Of a stretch of DNA of 64,000 bases, positions 50,096-60,798 are shown one piece after another (positions within the stretch are counted from its first letter, which is position 1; every line of letters starts with the position of its first letter). Under the pieces are notes generated by a model, which did no database searches, was not told where the DNA came from, and saw nothing but the letters and a program-made list of their open reading frames with translations. The DNA lies in assembly GCA_965222075.1 (NCBI GenBank), contig OZ244937.1, forward strand, positions 672,001 to 736,000, in the 5' to 3' direction. Source of the stretch: Candidatus Latescibacterota bacterium. Lineage in GTDB: Bacteria > Latescibacterota > UBA2968 > GCA-2709665. The position numbers and the translations under genes were made by a program.

Positions 50096-51375
50096 CAGCG
50101 GAATACCTCGGTGACTTTGTGAAGCCCTCGAACCAGGGCGTCGATATCTTCGGGTGTGTTGTAAAAGGCGGTGGCGGCCCGTGTGGTTGCCGGTACGCCA
50201 AAACGCTGCATCACCGGCTGGGCACAGTGATGGCCGGCCCGGACGGCGACGCCCTCCTGGTTCAGGACGGTGCCGATGTCGTGGGGGTGGATGTCCTCCA
50301 TCACAAAGGAGAGAACGCTGACCTTCCGGAAGGCCGTGCCGATGATTCTCAGGCCCGGGATCTGGGAAAGGGCTTCTGTGGCATAGGACAGCAGTTCCTC
50401 TTCGTAGACCGCTGCGTGGTCCAGCCCGACCTGGTTGAGGTAGTCGATTGCCGCCCCAAGCCCGATGCCGCCGGCGATGGGCGGCGTTCCGGCTTCGAAT
50501 TTGTTGGGGAGATCGGCATAGGTTGTTTTTTCAAAGGTCACGGATTTGATCATGTTCCCCCCCCCGTGGTAGGGGGGCATAGACTCAAGCAGGTCGGCCT
50601 TTCCGTAGAGCACCCCAATGCCGGTGGGGCCGTAGAGTTTGTGGCCGGAGAAGACGTAGAAATCACAGTCGAGTTCCCGGACGTCGACCTTCAGATGGGG
50701 GACGGCCTGGGCGCCGTCTACGAGCACCAAAACGCCCCGGCGGTGCGCCAGGTCTACGATCTCCCGGACAGGATTCAGGGTTCCCAGGGCGTTGGAGACG
50801 TGGGTGACCGAGACGAGTTTGGTCCGGCCGTTGAGGCGCTTTTCGTATTCGTCGAGCATCAGCTCTCCCCGGTCGTTGATGGGGATGACGCGGAGTTTCG
50901 CCCCCTTTTCTTCACAGAGGATCTGCCAGGGGACGATGTTGGAGTGGTGCTCCATGGTGGAGATGAGGATTTCGTCGCCTTCTCCAACCTGCTGCCTGCC
51001 CCAGGTCTGGGCGACTAAGTTGATGCCTTCGGTGGTGCCGCGCACGAAGATGATTTCTCGATTCCGGGCGGCATTCAGGAAATACCGCACCCTGGTGCGG
51101 GCCCCTTCGTAAGCGTCCGTTGCAATCTGGCTGAGGTGGTGCACGCCCCGGTGGATATTGGCATTTTCACAGGCATAGTAGCGCTTGAGGGTGTCAATCA
51201 CGACCTGGGGCTTCTGGGCGGTGGCCGCATTGTCCAGGTAGGCCAGCGGCTTTCCACACACAAACTGCTTCAGGATCGGGAAATCGGCCCGGACCCGGTA
51301 GGGATCGAAGGGACCGGCCCTGTCGATGAGGGAGTAGGGCCGGGCGGGCGCGAGGGGTTGGGGGACGATGCTCAT
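50095..51375 (-). CDS. sufS: Cysteine desulfurase SufS
   Basis: [31 protein letters not shown]. Confidence 0.96.
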   Translation of the reverse strand: MSIVPQPLAPARPYSLIDRAGPFDPYRVRADFPILKQFVCGKPLAYLDNAATAQKPQVVIDTLKRYYACENANIHRGVHHLSQIATDAYEGARTRVRYFLNAARNREIIFVRGTTEGINLVAQTWGRQQVGEGDEILISTMEHHSNIVPWQILCEEKGAKLRVIPINDRGELMLDEYEKRLNGRTKLVSVTHVSNALGTLNPVREIVDLAHRRGVLVLVDGAQAVPHLKVDVRELDCDFYVFSGHKLYGPTGIGVLYGKADLLESMPPYHGGGNMIKSVTFEKTTYADLPNKFEAGTPPIAGGIGLGAAIDYLNQVGLDHAAVYEEELLSYATEALSQIPGLRIIGTAFRKVSVLSFVMEDIHPHDIGTVLNQEGVAVRAGHHCAQPVMQRFGVPATTRAATAFYNTPEDIDALVRGLHKVTEVFR

Positions 51376-51384
51376 GGCGATTGC

Positions 51385-52713
51385 CTAAGCCTGGCGGGCA
51401 TGTTCGAGTTTTCCCATGACTATCCGGCTGAGCTGCTGCCGGACCGGCTCGACCTGGATTCGGTCGATCAGATCATCTGCAAAGGCCTGAATCAGGATTT
51501 GGCGGGCCAGTTCCAGGCTAAGGCCACGGGACCGCAGGTAGAAGACGGCGTCCATGTCCATCTGGCCGGTTGTGGACCCGTGGGAACACTTCACCTCATC
51601 GGCGTAGATTTCGAGCTGGGGCTTGGAGTTGACGCTGGCATCGTTTGAGAGCAGCAGGTTCTGGTTGGTCTGATAGGCATCGGTATTCTGCGCCTTCCGG
51701 TGGACGTGGATGCGGCCACGAAAGACGCCGCTGGAGGCCCCGTCCAGGATGCCCTTGTAGAGTTCGTGACTGGTACAGTTCGGTTCGGCGTGTTCGATCA
51801 GGGTGTGGTTGTCCACGTGTTGTTTCCCGTCCAGGTGGTAGAGGCCGTTTACGGTGGCCTCACACCCCTCCCCAGCCAGCAGGGCGTTGACTTCGCTGCG
51901 GACCAGCCCTCCCCCCAGAGAGATGGCGTGGGTGGAGATGTTGCTGTGGGGCCCCTGGCGGGTCTGCAGGGTGGCGATATGGAAGGCCTCGGGGCCCTCT
52001 AACTCCAGTTTGTAGTGGTCGACAATGGCGTTCTCGCCCGCCGCAATCTCGGTTACGGCATTGGTAAAGTAGGCACCCTCTACCCCCACGTAGCTCTCGA
52101 TAACGGTGGCCTGGGTGTTCTCTTCGGCCAGGATGAGGGTGCGGGGGTGGGAGACGGTGGGATGCGCTTTGGCGGTTGAGATGTAAAGGGTGTGGACGGG
52201 CGTTTCAAGCGCGGCCCCCTTGGGAAGGTAGACGAAGGCGCCATCCTGGATAAAGGCGGTGTTGAGGGCCGTAAAGGCGTGCTCTTTGTACGGGGCATGC
52301 CGGGCCAGGTGCGCCGATACAAGCGCTGCGTCTGATTCGAGAGCCGCTGCAAGACTGCCTGCCCGGACCCCACCCGGCAGCGCCGGGTGAGACGAGAGTT
52401 CCGGAGCATAGTATCCGTTGACAAAGACCAGGTGGGTACAGGCCAGCCCGAAGGTAAAGGCCTCGACCTGCCGGGGAGTTACCCCCTGAGGGTCATAGCC
52501 CGTTACGGGCGCGAACGGGATTTTTGTGAGGGGGGCCACATTGGTATTGATCCAGTCTTCATTCCGACGCGTGGGGAAGCCAAGTTGGGCAAACCGGTCG
52601 ATGGCTTCCTTACGCAACGTATGAATCGGGGAGGCCGATTTTCCATTCAGGCCCTTTTCAAATCCTTCAAATGTGGATACGTACCGGTCTTTCCGATCTG
52701 CGGTCTGCATCAT
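51385..52713 (-). CDS. sufD: Fe-S cluster assembly protein SufD
   Basis: FTALNTAF, KPQLEIYADEVKCSHG, FYLRSRG. Confidence 0.95.
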   Translation of the reverse strand: MMQTADRKDRYVSTFEGFEKGLNGKSASPIHTLRKEAIDRFAQLGFPTRRNEDWINTNVAPLTKIPFAPVTGYDPQGVTPRQVEAFTFGLACTHLVFVNGYYAPELSSHPALPGGVRAGSLAAALESDAALVSAHLARHAPYKEHAFTALNTAFIQDGAFVYLPKGAALETPVHTLYISTAKAHPTVSHPRTLILAEENTQATVIESYVGVEGAYFTNAVTEIAAGENAIVDHYKLELEGPEAFHIATLQTRQGPHSNISTHAISLGGGLVRSEVNALLAGEGCEATVNGLYHLDGKQHVDNHTLIEHAEPNCTSHELYKGILDGASSGVFRGRIHVHRKAQNTDAYQTNQNLLLSNDASVNSKPQLEIYADEVKCSHGSTTGQMDMDAVFYLRSRGLSLELARQILIQAFADDLIDRIQVEPVRQQLSRIVMGKLEHARQA

Positions 52714-52728
52714 AATCCTGTGGTTCTC

Positions 52729-53496
52729 CTATGCGGTTACCGCTTCGTTTGCATACGCTTTCCGGATCCAATCGTAGCCTTTTTTCTCAAGTTCTGATGC
52801 CAGTTCTTTTCCGCCCGATTTGACGATGCGACCCCCCAGGAGAACGTGCACATAGTCGGGAACGATATAGTTGAGCAGCCGCTGGTAGTGGGTGACCACG
52901 ACTACGGCATTGTCTTTGGTGTGGAGGGTGTTGACCCCGTGGGCGACGACCTTGAGCGCGTCGATGTCCAGGCCCGAGTCGGTTTCGTCCATAATGGCCA
53001 GCCTGGGTTGCAGGACGGCCATCTGGTAGATCTCGTGGCGCTTCTTTTCGCCCCCGGAGAACCCTTCGTTGACCGATCGGCTGAGGAAGCTTTCGTCCAT
53101 TTCGACCAGTTTGAGCTTCTCCCTGGCCAGGGCGAGGAAGTCCATGGCGTCTAACGCTTCCTCGCCGGAGGCCTTCCGGACCTCGTTCAGGGCGGTTCTC
53201 AAGAAGTAAGCGCTGTTGACCCCCGGGATCTCGATCGGGTACTGGAAGGCCATAAAGATGCCTGCCCGGGCCCGCTCATCGGGATCCATCTCCAGCAGGT
53301 CTTCCCCATCGTAGAGCACCTCCCCCTGTGTCACCTCAAACTCTGCATGCCCTGCCAGGACCTGGGCCAGTGTGCTTTTGCCCGATCCGTTGGGACCCAT
53401 GATGGCGTGGATTTCGCCGATGTTGACTTTGAGGTCGATGCCGTGAAGGATTTCGGTATCTTCGACTCTTGCGTGCAGGTTCTTAACTTCCAGCAT
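52729..53496 (-). CDS. sufC: Fe-S cluster assembly ATPase SufC
   Basis: [35 protein letters not shown]. Confidence 0.97.
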   Translation of the reverse strand: MLEVKNLHARVEDTEILHGIDLKVNIGEIHAIMGPNGSGKSTLAQVLAGHAEFEVTQGEVLYDGEDLLEMDPDERARAGIFMAFQYPIEIPGVNSAYFLRTALNEVRKASGEEALDAMDFLALAREKLKLVEMDESFLSRSVNEGFSGGEKKRHEIYQMAVLQPRLAIMDETDSGLDIDALKVVAHGVNTLHTKDNAVVVVTHYQRLLNYIVPDYVHVLLGGRIVKSGGKELASELEKKGYDWIRKAYANEAVTA

Positions 53497-53544
53497 TCTC
53501 CATCCTTTCTAAACTTCAGACCGTGATGCGGTTCGAAACGGTTT

Positions 53545-55014
53545 TTACCCAACGCTGCCCTCAAGGCTGATGCCCAGCAGCTTCTGGGCCTCCACGGCGA
53601 ATTCCATCGGTAGCTCGGCCAGGACCTCCTTGCAGAACCCGTTGACGATCATGGAGACGGCGTCTTCGGTGGAGATGCCGCGCTGGTTGCAGTAGAAGAT
53701 CTGGTCTTCGCCGATCTTGGAGGTGGAGGCCTCGTGTTCCACCTGCGCGCTGGGGTTCTTCGCTTCGATATAAGGAAAGGTGTGGGCGCCGCATTGATCG
53801 CCGATGAGCATCGAGTCGCACTGGGTGAAGTTCCGGGCGTTGGCGGCGCCCTTTAAGATCTTCACCCTGCCGCGGTAGGCGTTTTGGCCGCGCCCGGCGG
53901 AGATCCCTTTTGATACGATGGTGCTCCGGGTGTTTTTTCCGATGTGGATCATGTGTGTGCCGGTGTCGGCCTGTTGGCGCCCGTTGGTGACGGCCACCGA
54001 GTAGAATTCGCCGATCGAGTTGTCTCCCTGGAGGATGCAACTGGGGTATTTCCAGGTGATGGCCGATCCGGTTTCGACCTGCGTCCAGGAGATCTTGGCG
54101 TTCACGCCCCGGCAGGCGCCGCGCTTGGTCACGAAGTTGTAGATTCCCCCTCTGCCCTCTTCGTCTCCGGGGTACCAGTTCTGAACGGTGGAGTACTTGA
54201 TCTGGGCATTGTCGAGGGCGATCAGTTCGACGATGGCGGCGTGGAGCTGATTTTCGTCCCTCTGGGGTGCCGTACACCCCTCTAAGTAGCTGACGTAGCT
54301 GCTTTCATCGGCGATGATGAGCGTGCGTTCGAACTGGCCGGTGTTGGCGGCATTGATCCGGAAATAGGTGGAGAGCTCCATCGGGCAGCGGACGCCTTTG
54401 GGGATGTAGCAGAAGGAGCCGTCGGAAAAGACCGCGGAGTTGAGAGCGGCGAAGAAGTGGTCGTTGTAGGGCACCACGGAGCCGATGTATTTTCGGACCA
54501 GGTCCGGGTGTTCCTGCACGGCCTCGGAGAAGGCGCAGAAGATGATGCCCAGTTCGGCCAGCTTTTCTTTGAAGGTGGTGGCGACAGATACGCTGTCGAA
54601 GACGGCGTCTACGGCTACGCCTGTGAGCATCTTCTGCTCTTCTAAGGGGATACCCAGCTTTTCGTAGGTTTGCAGGAGTTCCGGGTCCACCTCGTCTAAG
54701 CTTTGGGGCCCTTCCCCTTTCCTTTTGGGCGCTGAGTAGTAGATGATGCTCTGGTAATCGATTTCCGGGTAGCGGAGTCTGGTATCCCACCGCCTGGCGT
54801 AGTCGTCTTCCATGGTAAGCCAGGTCCGGTAGGCCTTCAGCCGCCATTCCAGCAGCCAGTCGGGCTCGTTCTTTTTCGCGGAGATGAAACGGACGATCTC
54901 CTCGTCCAGGCCGGGAGGCGCGGCGTCCTGTTCGATGTCGGTGACAAAGCCGTACTTGTATTCTCGGGTTGCAATTTCTTCAATTTCTTTGATTTCGTCT
55001 ATTTCGGTGCTCAT
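53545..55014 (-). CDS. sufB: Fe-S cluster assembly protein SufB
   Basis: [45 protein letters not shown]. Confidence 0.97.
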   Translation of the reverse strand: MSTEIDEIKEIEEIATREYKYGFVTDIEQDAAPPGLDEEIVRFISAKKNEPDWLLEWRLKAYRTWLTMEDDYARRWDTRLRYPEIDYQSIIYYSAPKRKGEGPQSLDEVDPELLQTYEKLGIPLEEQKMLTGVAVDAVFDSVSVATTFKEKLAELGIIFCAFSEAVQEHPDLVRKYIGSVVPYNDHFFAALNSAVFSDGSFCYIPKGVRCPMELSTYFRINAANTGQFERTLIIADESSYVSYLEGCTAPQRDENQLHAAIVELIALDNAQIKYSTVQNWYPGDEEGRGGIYNFVTKRGACRGVNAKISWTQVETGSAITWKYPSCILQGDNSIGEFYSVAVTNGRQQADTGTHMIHIGKNTRSTIVSKGISAGRGQNAYRGRVKILKGAANARNFTQCDSMLIGDQCGAHTFPYIEAKNPSAQVEHEASTSKIGEDQIFYCNQRGISTEDAVSMIVNGFCKEVLAELPMEFAVEAQKLLGISLEGSVG

Positions 55015-55104
55015 AGTAGCGTTCCTTTTCGCTGGAGAGGAGAAAATTAGGATTTTTTTTAAACCGGACAGGAGTATAATGCTTGCTGACTGAAATCACA
55101 CTCA

Positions 55105-55137
55105 AACATAACCAAACTGTACTAATGAGTCAAGTTT
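55105..55137 (-). promoter_or_regulatory. suf promoter with candidate Rrf2 operator
   Basis: TTGACT-17 bp-TATGTT; AAACTTGACTCATTAGTACAGTTT dyad overlaps the -35 box. Confidence 0.55.
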
Positions 55138-55385
55138 AAAAATGGCATGTTCGTTACACGCTAATGTTGGAAATAACTGTTTGTTATAAGTTGATATAGG
55201 TTTGAGTCAAAAATGATGAAAAAGGACATGGATGGGGGATTCGGTTCCCCCAAATCCATCGCGTTTTCTCTTGACAGATGGTGGGCTTATTAGGTATTTT
55301 ACGGCTTTAGAGGTTTGTTTTTAAACTTTCGTTGGATTTTGCGTTTGGACCTTGCAGCGCCACTTTTCAGGAGGCCCTCGGCGAT

Positions 55386-55817
55386 ATGCTTGAGCAATAT
55401 GCCAATGTGTTGATTTTTCTGGGTATAGGGGCTTTTTTTATCGGGTTTAACCTCTTGCTGGGGAGTTTGATTCGTCCCAAGAATCCCTCTCCGGAAAAAT
55501 TGAGTACTTACGAGTGCGGGGAAGAATCGGTCGGGGGCTCCTGGATCCAGTTCAACATCCGTTTCTACGTGGTGGCCCTCGTTTTTATTATCTTCGACGT
55601 TGAAATTGTCTTTCTCTACCCCTGGGCGGTGGCGTTTAAAGACCTTGGGTGGTTTGCGTTTATCGAGATGATGATTTTCGTCGTTATCCTGCTGGTGGGG
55701 CTGGCCTATGCGTGGAAGAAGGGTGCGCTGGAGTGGGTGCGCCCCCAAGTGCCCCAGTTTGGAGATGGGGCGCCCGGCCGGTCGCCCCTGCCTATCTCAC
55801 ACAAACGTAGATCATAA
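55386..55817 (+). CDS. nuoA: NADH-quinone oxidoreductase subunit A
   Basis: [24 protein letters not shown]. Confidence 0.95.
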   Translation: MLEQYANVLIFLGIGAFFIGFNLLLGSLIRPKNPSPEKLSTYECGEESVGGSWIQFNIRFYVVALVFIIFDVEIVFLYPWAVAFKDLGWFAFIEMMIFVVILLVGLAYAWKKGALEWVRPQVPQFGDGAPGRSPLPISHKRRS

Positions 55818-55837
55818 CAATAGAGGGGGTGGCCTGT

Positions 55838-56323
55838 ATGGGCGTTGTCGAGGGTCGTTTTAACGATAATGTGATTATCACGTCGGTGGATTATTTTGTC
55901 AACTGGGCCAGGCTATCCTCCCTGTGGCCCATGACTTTCGGGCTGGCGTGCTGCGCCATCGAAATGATGGCCACGGGCGCTTCCCGCTACGACTGGGACC
56001 GCCTGGGTCTCATTCCGAGGGCGACCCCCAGGCAGTCGGATTTGATGATTGTCGCCGGCACGGTGACCCTGAAGATGGCCACCCGGGTGAAAAAGCTTTA
56101 CGATCAGATGGCCGAGCCCAGATATGTGATCTCGATGGGGTGCTGCGCCACTTCGGGGGGGCCGTACTGGCAGCATGGGTACCACGTGCTTAAGGGGGTG
56201 GACCGGGTTGTGCCGGTGGACATCTACGTGCCGGGGTGTCCGCCACGGCCCGAGTCGCTCCTGGAAGGCGTTCTCAAGCTCCAGGAAAAGATCCGGCACC
56301 AGTCGATTGCGAAGACAGCGTGA
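55838..56323 (+). CDS. nuoB: NADH-quinone oxidoreductase subunit B
   Basis: [25 protein letters not shown]. Confidence 0.96.
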   Translation: MGVVEGRFNDNVIITSVDYFVNWARLSSLWPMTFGLACCAIEMMATGASRYDWDRLGLIPRATPRQSDLMIVAGTVTLKMATRVKKLYDQMAEPRYVISMGCCATSGGPYWQHGYHVLKGVDRVVPVDIYVPGCPPRPESLLEGVLKLQEKIRHQSIAKTA

Positions 56324-56356
56324 ATCGGGATACTGGCGCCGATGAACACGGATGAT

Positions 56357-56380
56357 GCAGGGCGCACTGCTGTGCGCCCT
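56357..56380. repeat. REP-like palindrome
   Basis: gcagggcgcactgctgtgcgccct; related to the copy at 59887. Confidence 0.6.
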
Positions 56381-56415
56381 TCTTGGGATCGTTCAGAAAG
56401 GCTTTCGGGTGATTG

Positions 56416-56886
56416 ATGACACCCCAGGAGATCTTCGATAAGCTGAAAGAAAAGTTTGGCGATCAGGTGATCGATCTGATCGACAATGTGGACCCCTTCA
56501 TTCGGGTGAAGGCGGAGGCCATCGGCGGGATTGGACTGTACCTTCGGGACGACGAGGAGATGAAGTTCGAGTCCCTGATGTGTCTTTCCGGTGTGGATTA
56601 TCCGGCTCACCTGACGGTCGTCTACCACCTGTTTTCCACGCTTCACCGACAAAAGGTTGTCCTGAAGGTGGAGGTTGAACGGGAAGACCCGCACGTGCCT
56701 ACGGTGGAGCAGGTGTGGCAGGTGGCCAACTGGCACGAGCGGGAGACCTACGATATGTACGGGATCGTATTTGACGGGCACAGCGACCCTCGCCGTATTC
56801 TCTGCCCGGACGACTGGGAGGGGTTCCCGCTACGCAAGGACTACCAGGTTCAGGAGTTTTACCGCGGCATCAAGGTTGAGGTATAA
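56416..56886 (+). CDS. nuoC: NADH-quinone oxidoreductase subunit C
   Basis: ANWHERETYDMYGI, GFPLRKDY. Confidence 0.95.
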   Translation: MTPQEIFDKLKEKFGDQVIDLIDNVDPFIRVKAEAIGGIGLYLRDDEEMKFESLMCLSGVDYPAHLTVVYHLFSTLHRQKVVLKVEVEREDPHVPTVEQVWQVANWHERETYDMYGIVFDGHSDPRRILCPDDWEGFPLRKDYQVQEFYRGIKVEV

Positions 56887-56888
56887 AT

Positions 56889-58091
56889 ATGGCAGACGTA
56901 CAGCAGGGCGTACCGGAAGCACAGGTCACCGTCGAACGGCCCGGACAGCCGCCTGAAATCGCTCTGGAGGACGACAGTCTCCAAAGCGACGTCATGACGA
57001 TTAACATGGGGCCGCAGCACCCGAGCACCCACGGCGTGCTGCGCCTGGAAATCAAGACCGATGGGGAGATTGTTAAAGACGCCCGGCCCCACATCGGCTA
57101 CCTGCACCGCTGCTTTGAGAAGCACGCCGAGCATCTCCCTTATCCTCAGGTGATTCCGTTTACCGACCGGATGGACTACCTGGCCGCAATGAATAACAAC
57201 CTGGGCTATGTGCTGGGGGTCGAAAAGCTGCTGGAGCTGAAGGTCCCGGAGCGGGTGGAGTACATCCGGGTGATTATGGCGGAGCTCAATCGGATTGCCA
57301 GCCACCTGGTCTCGTTCGGGACCTACGGGATGGACATCGGGGCGTTCACGCCCTTCCTGTTTGCCTTCCGGGAGCGGGAGGAAATTTTCGATCTGTTCGA
57401 GATGACCTGTGGCGCCCGCATGCTTTACAACTATATCTGGGTGGGCGGGGTGTCGCACGACCTTCCCGTGGGTTTTATGGAGCGGACACGGGCCTTTTTG
57501 GACAAGTTCAACAGCAAGATCAAGGAGTATAACGCCCTGCTGTCGCACAACAAGATCTTCATCGAGCGGACGGCGAACGTGGGGGTGCTGCCGATCGATA
57601 TGGCCTATTCCTACAATATCACCGGCCCCAATCTGCGGGGGTCGGGGGTGCAGTGGGACCTGCGGCGGGACGATCCCTATTCGATCTACGACCGGTTCGA
57701 GTTCGAGGTTCCCTGCGGGATGGGGGAGGTGGGTACGGTGGGGGACTGCTGGGACCGGTATATGGTCCGCATCCGCGAGATGGAACAGAGCGCCAGGATC
57801 GTGAGGCAGGCCCTGGACCAGCTCCCGGACGGAGACGTGCACAAGGCGGTGCCCCGGAACGTGCGCCCACCCAGGGATGTCGAGTGCTATTTTCGGAGCG
57901 AGAACCCCCGAGGAGAGCTGGGGGTGTATGTGATCAGCGATGGATCGAACGTGCCCTACCGGGTGCGGGTGAAGTCCCCCTGTTTTACGGCGATGAGCAT
58001 GTTCCACGAGATCTGCCGGGGGCATTTTGTTGCGGATATCGTCGCCATTATCGGCAGTTTGGATATTGTACTGGGAGAGATCGACAGGTGA
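56889..58091 (+). CDS. nuoD: NADH-quinone oxidoreductase subunit D
   Basis: [28 protein letters not shown]. Confidence 0.96.
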   Translation: MADVQQGVPEAQVTVERPGQPPEIALEDDSLQSDVMTINMGPQHPSTHGVLRLEIKTDGEIVKDARPHIGYLHRCFEKHAEHLPYPQVIPFTDRMDYLAAMNNNLGYVLGVEKLLELKVPERVEYIRVIMAELNRIASHLVSFGTYGMDIGAFTPFLFAFREREEIFDLFEMTCGARMLYNYIWVGGVSHDLPVGFMERTRAFLDKFNSKIKEYNALLSHNKIFIERTANVGVLPIDMAYSYNITGPNLRGSGVQWDLRRDDPYSIYDRFEFEVPCGMGEVGTVGDCWDRYMVRIREMEQSARIVRQALDQLPDGDVHKAVPRNVRPPRDVECYFRSENPRGELGVYVISDGSNVPYRVRVKSPCFTAMSMFHEICRGHFVADIVAIIGSLDIVLGEIDR

Positions 58092-58113
58092 GGTGTTGGA
58101 CTTTGGAGGTGAG

Positions 58114-59286
58114 ATGCAGCAGTTAGCGCAGCAGCTGGTTTCCGAGGTGCCGTTTTTGCAGGGCGTGTCGGTGGTTTGGGTGCAGGTGGTGCTGGGGATC
58201 GTGTCCGGGGTGATTATTCTGACCCTGGTGGCCGTGCTGGGGATGGTTCTGGTATGGCTGGAGCGAAAGGTGTCGGCTCACATGCAGGACCGGCTGGGGC
58301 CGATGCGGGTTGGGGGATGGCACGGCTGGTCGCAGACGCTTGCCGATGGGATCAAGCTGCTGCTGAAGGAGGATATTATTCCGGCGGCCGCAGACCGGTT
58401 GCTGTTCAAGCTGGCCCCGCTGGTGGTCTTTGGCGGGGCGCTTGCGGTGTACGTCACGGTGCCCTTCGGTAGGTATTTGATCGTAAGTGACCTGAATATC
58501 GGCGTGTTCTATATTCTGGCGATTTCCTCCCTGGGCGTCATCGGACTTTTGATGGCCGGATGGGCGTCCAACAACAAGTGGGCGCTGTTGGGGGCGATGC
58601 GGTCGGCCGCACAGGTGGTGAGTTACGAGATTCCGATTGCGCTGGCGTTGCTGAGTGTGATCCCTCTGGTTGGCTCGTTGAGCATGCAGGAGCTTGTTGC
58701 GGCTCAGGACGGGGGGTTTCATCGGTGGTTTCTTTTGCGGAATCCGTTTACTTTTCTGGGGTTCTTTCTCTTTTTTATCGCTTCGCTGGCGGAGGTGAAC
58801 CGGACGCCGTTTGACATTTCCGAAGCGGAGTCGGAACTGGTGGCCGGGTACCATACCGAGTACAGCGGGATGCGGTTTTCGTTCTTCTTTATTGCCGAGT
58901 ACGCCTCCATGGCGGCGGTGAGCATCGTGGCGGCCACACTTTTTCTTGGGGGGTGGCAGGCGCCCTGGGGCGGCTCTTTCCCCGGCGGGTTCTTCTGGGT
59001 GATGGGGAAGGCGCTGTTCCTGGTTTTTGTTCAAATGTGGCTGCGGTGGACCCTGCCCCGTCTGCGGGTGGACCAGCTGATGTATGTGGGCTGGAAGGTG
59101 CTCACACCGGCCACGTTCGTCTGCCTGGTGGGGTCGGTGGTCTGGGACTACGCAGCGCCCCCCTGGCTCACGCGGCTGGGGTCGGCGGTTTTGATGGTGG
59201 TACTGGCCGCTATTCTGGTCCTGCTGGTGCGTACGGCCGCACAGGGCCTCCTGGAGGGCCGCCACCAGCGGGCAGAAGCGGCGTAG
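58114..59286 (+). CDS. nuoH: NADH-quinone oxidoreductase subunit H
   Basis: [40 protein letters not shown]. Confidence 0.95.
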   Translation: MQQLAQQLVSEVPFLQGVSVVWVQVVLGIVSGVIILTLVAVLGMVLVWLERKVSAHMQDRLGPMRVGGWHGWSQTLADGIKLLLKEDIIPAAADRLLFKLAPLVVFGGALAVYVTVPFGRYLIVSDLNIGVFYILAISSLGVIGLLMAGWASNNKWALLGAMRSAAQVVSYEIPIALALLSVIPLVGSLSMQELVAAQDGGFHRWFLLRNPFTFLGFFLFFIASLAEVNRTPFDISEAESELVAGYHTEYSGMRFSFFFIAEYASMAAVSIVAATLFLGGWQAPWGGSFPGGFFWVMGKALFLVFVQMWLRWTLPRLRVDQLMYVGWKVLTPATFVCLVGSVVWDYAAPPWLTRLGSAVLMVVLAAILVLLVRTAAQGLLEGRHQRAEAA

Positions 59287-59305
59287 GGAACCTCAGCTCT
59301 GTTGG

Positions 59306-59342
59306 GCCTGCCTGCAGCGCGGCAGGCAGGCGCGCAGGCAGG
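59306..59342. repeat. CCTGCC/GGCAGG palindromic element
   Basis: gcctgcctgcagcgcggcaggcaggcgcgcaggcagg; shares cctgcctgcagcgc with the reverse complement of the 39996 copy. Confidence 0.7.
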
Positions 59343-59380
59343 TGGTCGTTGATTCATAAATCAATCTAAGGGTGATCCAT

Positions 59381-59890
59381 ATGGGACGGTACTTCAGAAA
59401 TATCTATCAGTCTATCTCTTCGATCTGGGTCGGGATGAATATTACGCTGAAACACCTCTTTACACCCTCCATTACCCTGCAGTACCCCGAAGAGAAGTGG
59501 GTGATGCCCGAGCGGGCGCGCAACCAGTTGTTCAACGATATGGACGACTGCATCGGGTGCGACCAGTGCGCCCGGGTCTGTCCGGTGGATTGCATCTACA
59601 TTGAGACGGAGAAGTCGGGGCCCGGTGAGGATCTGGGATTGACGTCTAAAGGGACCAAGAAGCGCCTGAAGGTCCTCCGCTTCGACATCGATATGGGACT
59701 TTGCTGCTATTGCGGCCTGTGCACCTATCCTTGCCCCACGGAGTGTTTGGTGATGACGTCCAACTACGAGGCTTCGGTCTACGATCGGTCGGATCTGATC
59801 TATCGCTATGTGCGGCCGGAGGACTACGAAAAGCTGCCGTTGGAAGACGCGGGTAGGGCGGACCCGGAAAAGACGGCTGCGGCGAGGTAG
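59381..59890 (+). CDS. nuoI: NADH-quinone oxidoreductase subunit I
   Basis: TLQYPE, CIGCDQCARVCP, CCYCGLCTYPCP. Confidence 0.95.
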   Translation: MGRYFRNIYQSISSIWVGMNITLKHLFTPSITLQYPEEKWVMPERARNQLFNDMDDCIGCDQCARVCPVDCIYIETEKSGPGEDLGLTSKGTKKRLKVLRFDIDMGLCCYCGLCTYPCPTECLVMTSNYEASVYDRSDLIYRYVRPEDYEKLPLEDAGRADPEKTAAAR

Positions 59891-59913
59891 GGCGCACGGC
59901 CGTGCGCCCCTGC
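59887..59913. repeat. GTAG-type REP-like palindrome
   Basis: gtagggcgcacggccgtgcgcccctgc. Confidence 0.65.
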
Positions 59914-59929
59914 GGTGGATGACAAACCT

Positions 59930-60439
59930 ATGCAACTTTCAACGGTTATTTTCTACATTTTTGCCCTTGTTACGGTCGGGTCGGGCGCGATGGTGGTGTT
60001 TGCCAACCGACTGATCCATGCGGTTTTTGCCTTGCTGTTTACGTTTTTCGGGGTGGCGGGGCTTTACATTTTCCTGGGGGCGGATTTCCTGGCCGGCGCA
60101 CAGGTACTGATCTATGTGGGCGGGATTTTGATCCTGATGCTTTTCGGTGTGATGCTGACCAATCGGATCTACGATTTGAGAATCTTAGCCGAACGGGTGC
60201 AGTTTGTGCCGAGCGTTATCGTGGTCGGAATCGGGTTTGCCCTGCTGGTCTTTGTCATTATCAGGACCACCTGGCCGTTATCCAATGGGGCGCTGCGGAC
60301 GTATACAACGGCCCGGATCGGGAAGTTGCTGATGACGGACTATCTGCTGCCGTTCGAGGTGGCATCGGTGCTGCTTTTGGTAGCACTGATCGGGGCTGTC
60401 CTGCTTGCCAGCAGAGAGGACGAAGAAGGGGAGTTATGA
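59930..60439 (+). CDS. nuoJ: NADH-quinone oxidoreductase subunit J
   Basis: QVLIYVGGILILMLFGVML, PFEVASVLLLVALIGA. Confidence 0.95.
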   Translation: MQLSTVIFYIFALVTVGSGAMVVFANRLIHAVFALLFTFFGVAGLYIFLGADFLAGAQVLIYVGGILILMLFGVMLTNRIYDLRILAERVQFVPSVIVVGIGFALLVFVIIRTTWPLSNGALRTYTTARIGKLLMTDYLLPFEVASVLLLVALIGAVLLASREDEEGEL

Positions 60440-60741
60440 TTACGCTGGAACACTATCTGGTTGTGGGAGCTGCGCTCTTCTCCCTGGGCATCCTGGCAGT
60501 GGTCACCCGTCGCAATGCGATTACGGTGCTGATGGGGGTGGAGTTGATCCTGAATGCTGCGAATATCAATTTAGTCGCTTTTTCCCGGTTTTCCGATGCG
60601 GGGATCGACGGACAGGTCTTTGCGATCTTCGTGATTATCTTAGCTGCGGCCGAAGCGGCCGTGGCTTTAGCGATTGTGCTGAATATTTACCGGAACTACC
60701 AGATGGTCATCGTAGACCGGATGAACTCGTTGAGCGGTTGA
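60436..60741 (+). CDS. nuoK: NADH-quinone oxidoreductase subunit K
   Basis: RRN...ELILNA, AAAEAAVALAI. Confidence 0.96.
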   Translation: MITLEHYLVVGAALFSLGILAVVTRRNAITVLMGVELILNAANINLVAFSRFSDAGIDGQVFAIFVIILAAAEAAVALAIVLNIYRNYQMVIVDRMNSLSG

Positions 60742-60798
60742 CGCTTCCGGAGCCGCGTTCAACGCTGTTGTTGAAGGCGGTGTTGTTTTGGGGGGGAT

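Noticed and set aside
54975-55006. EID-EIK-EIE micro-repeat at the SufB N-terminus
   Set aside because: Degenerate 9-bp units in a variable terminus; probably incidental.
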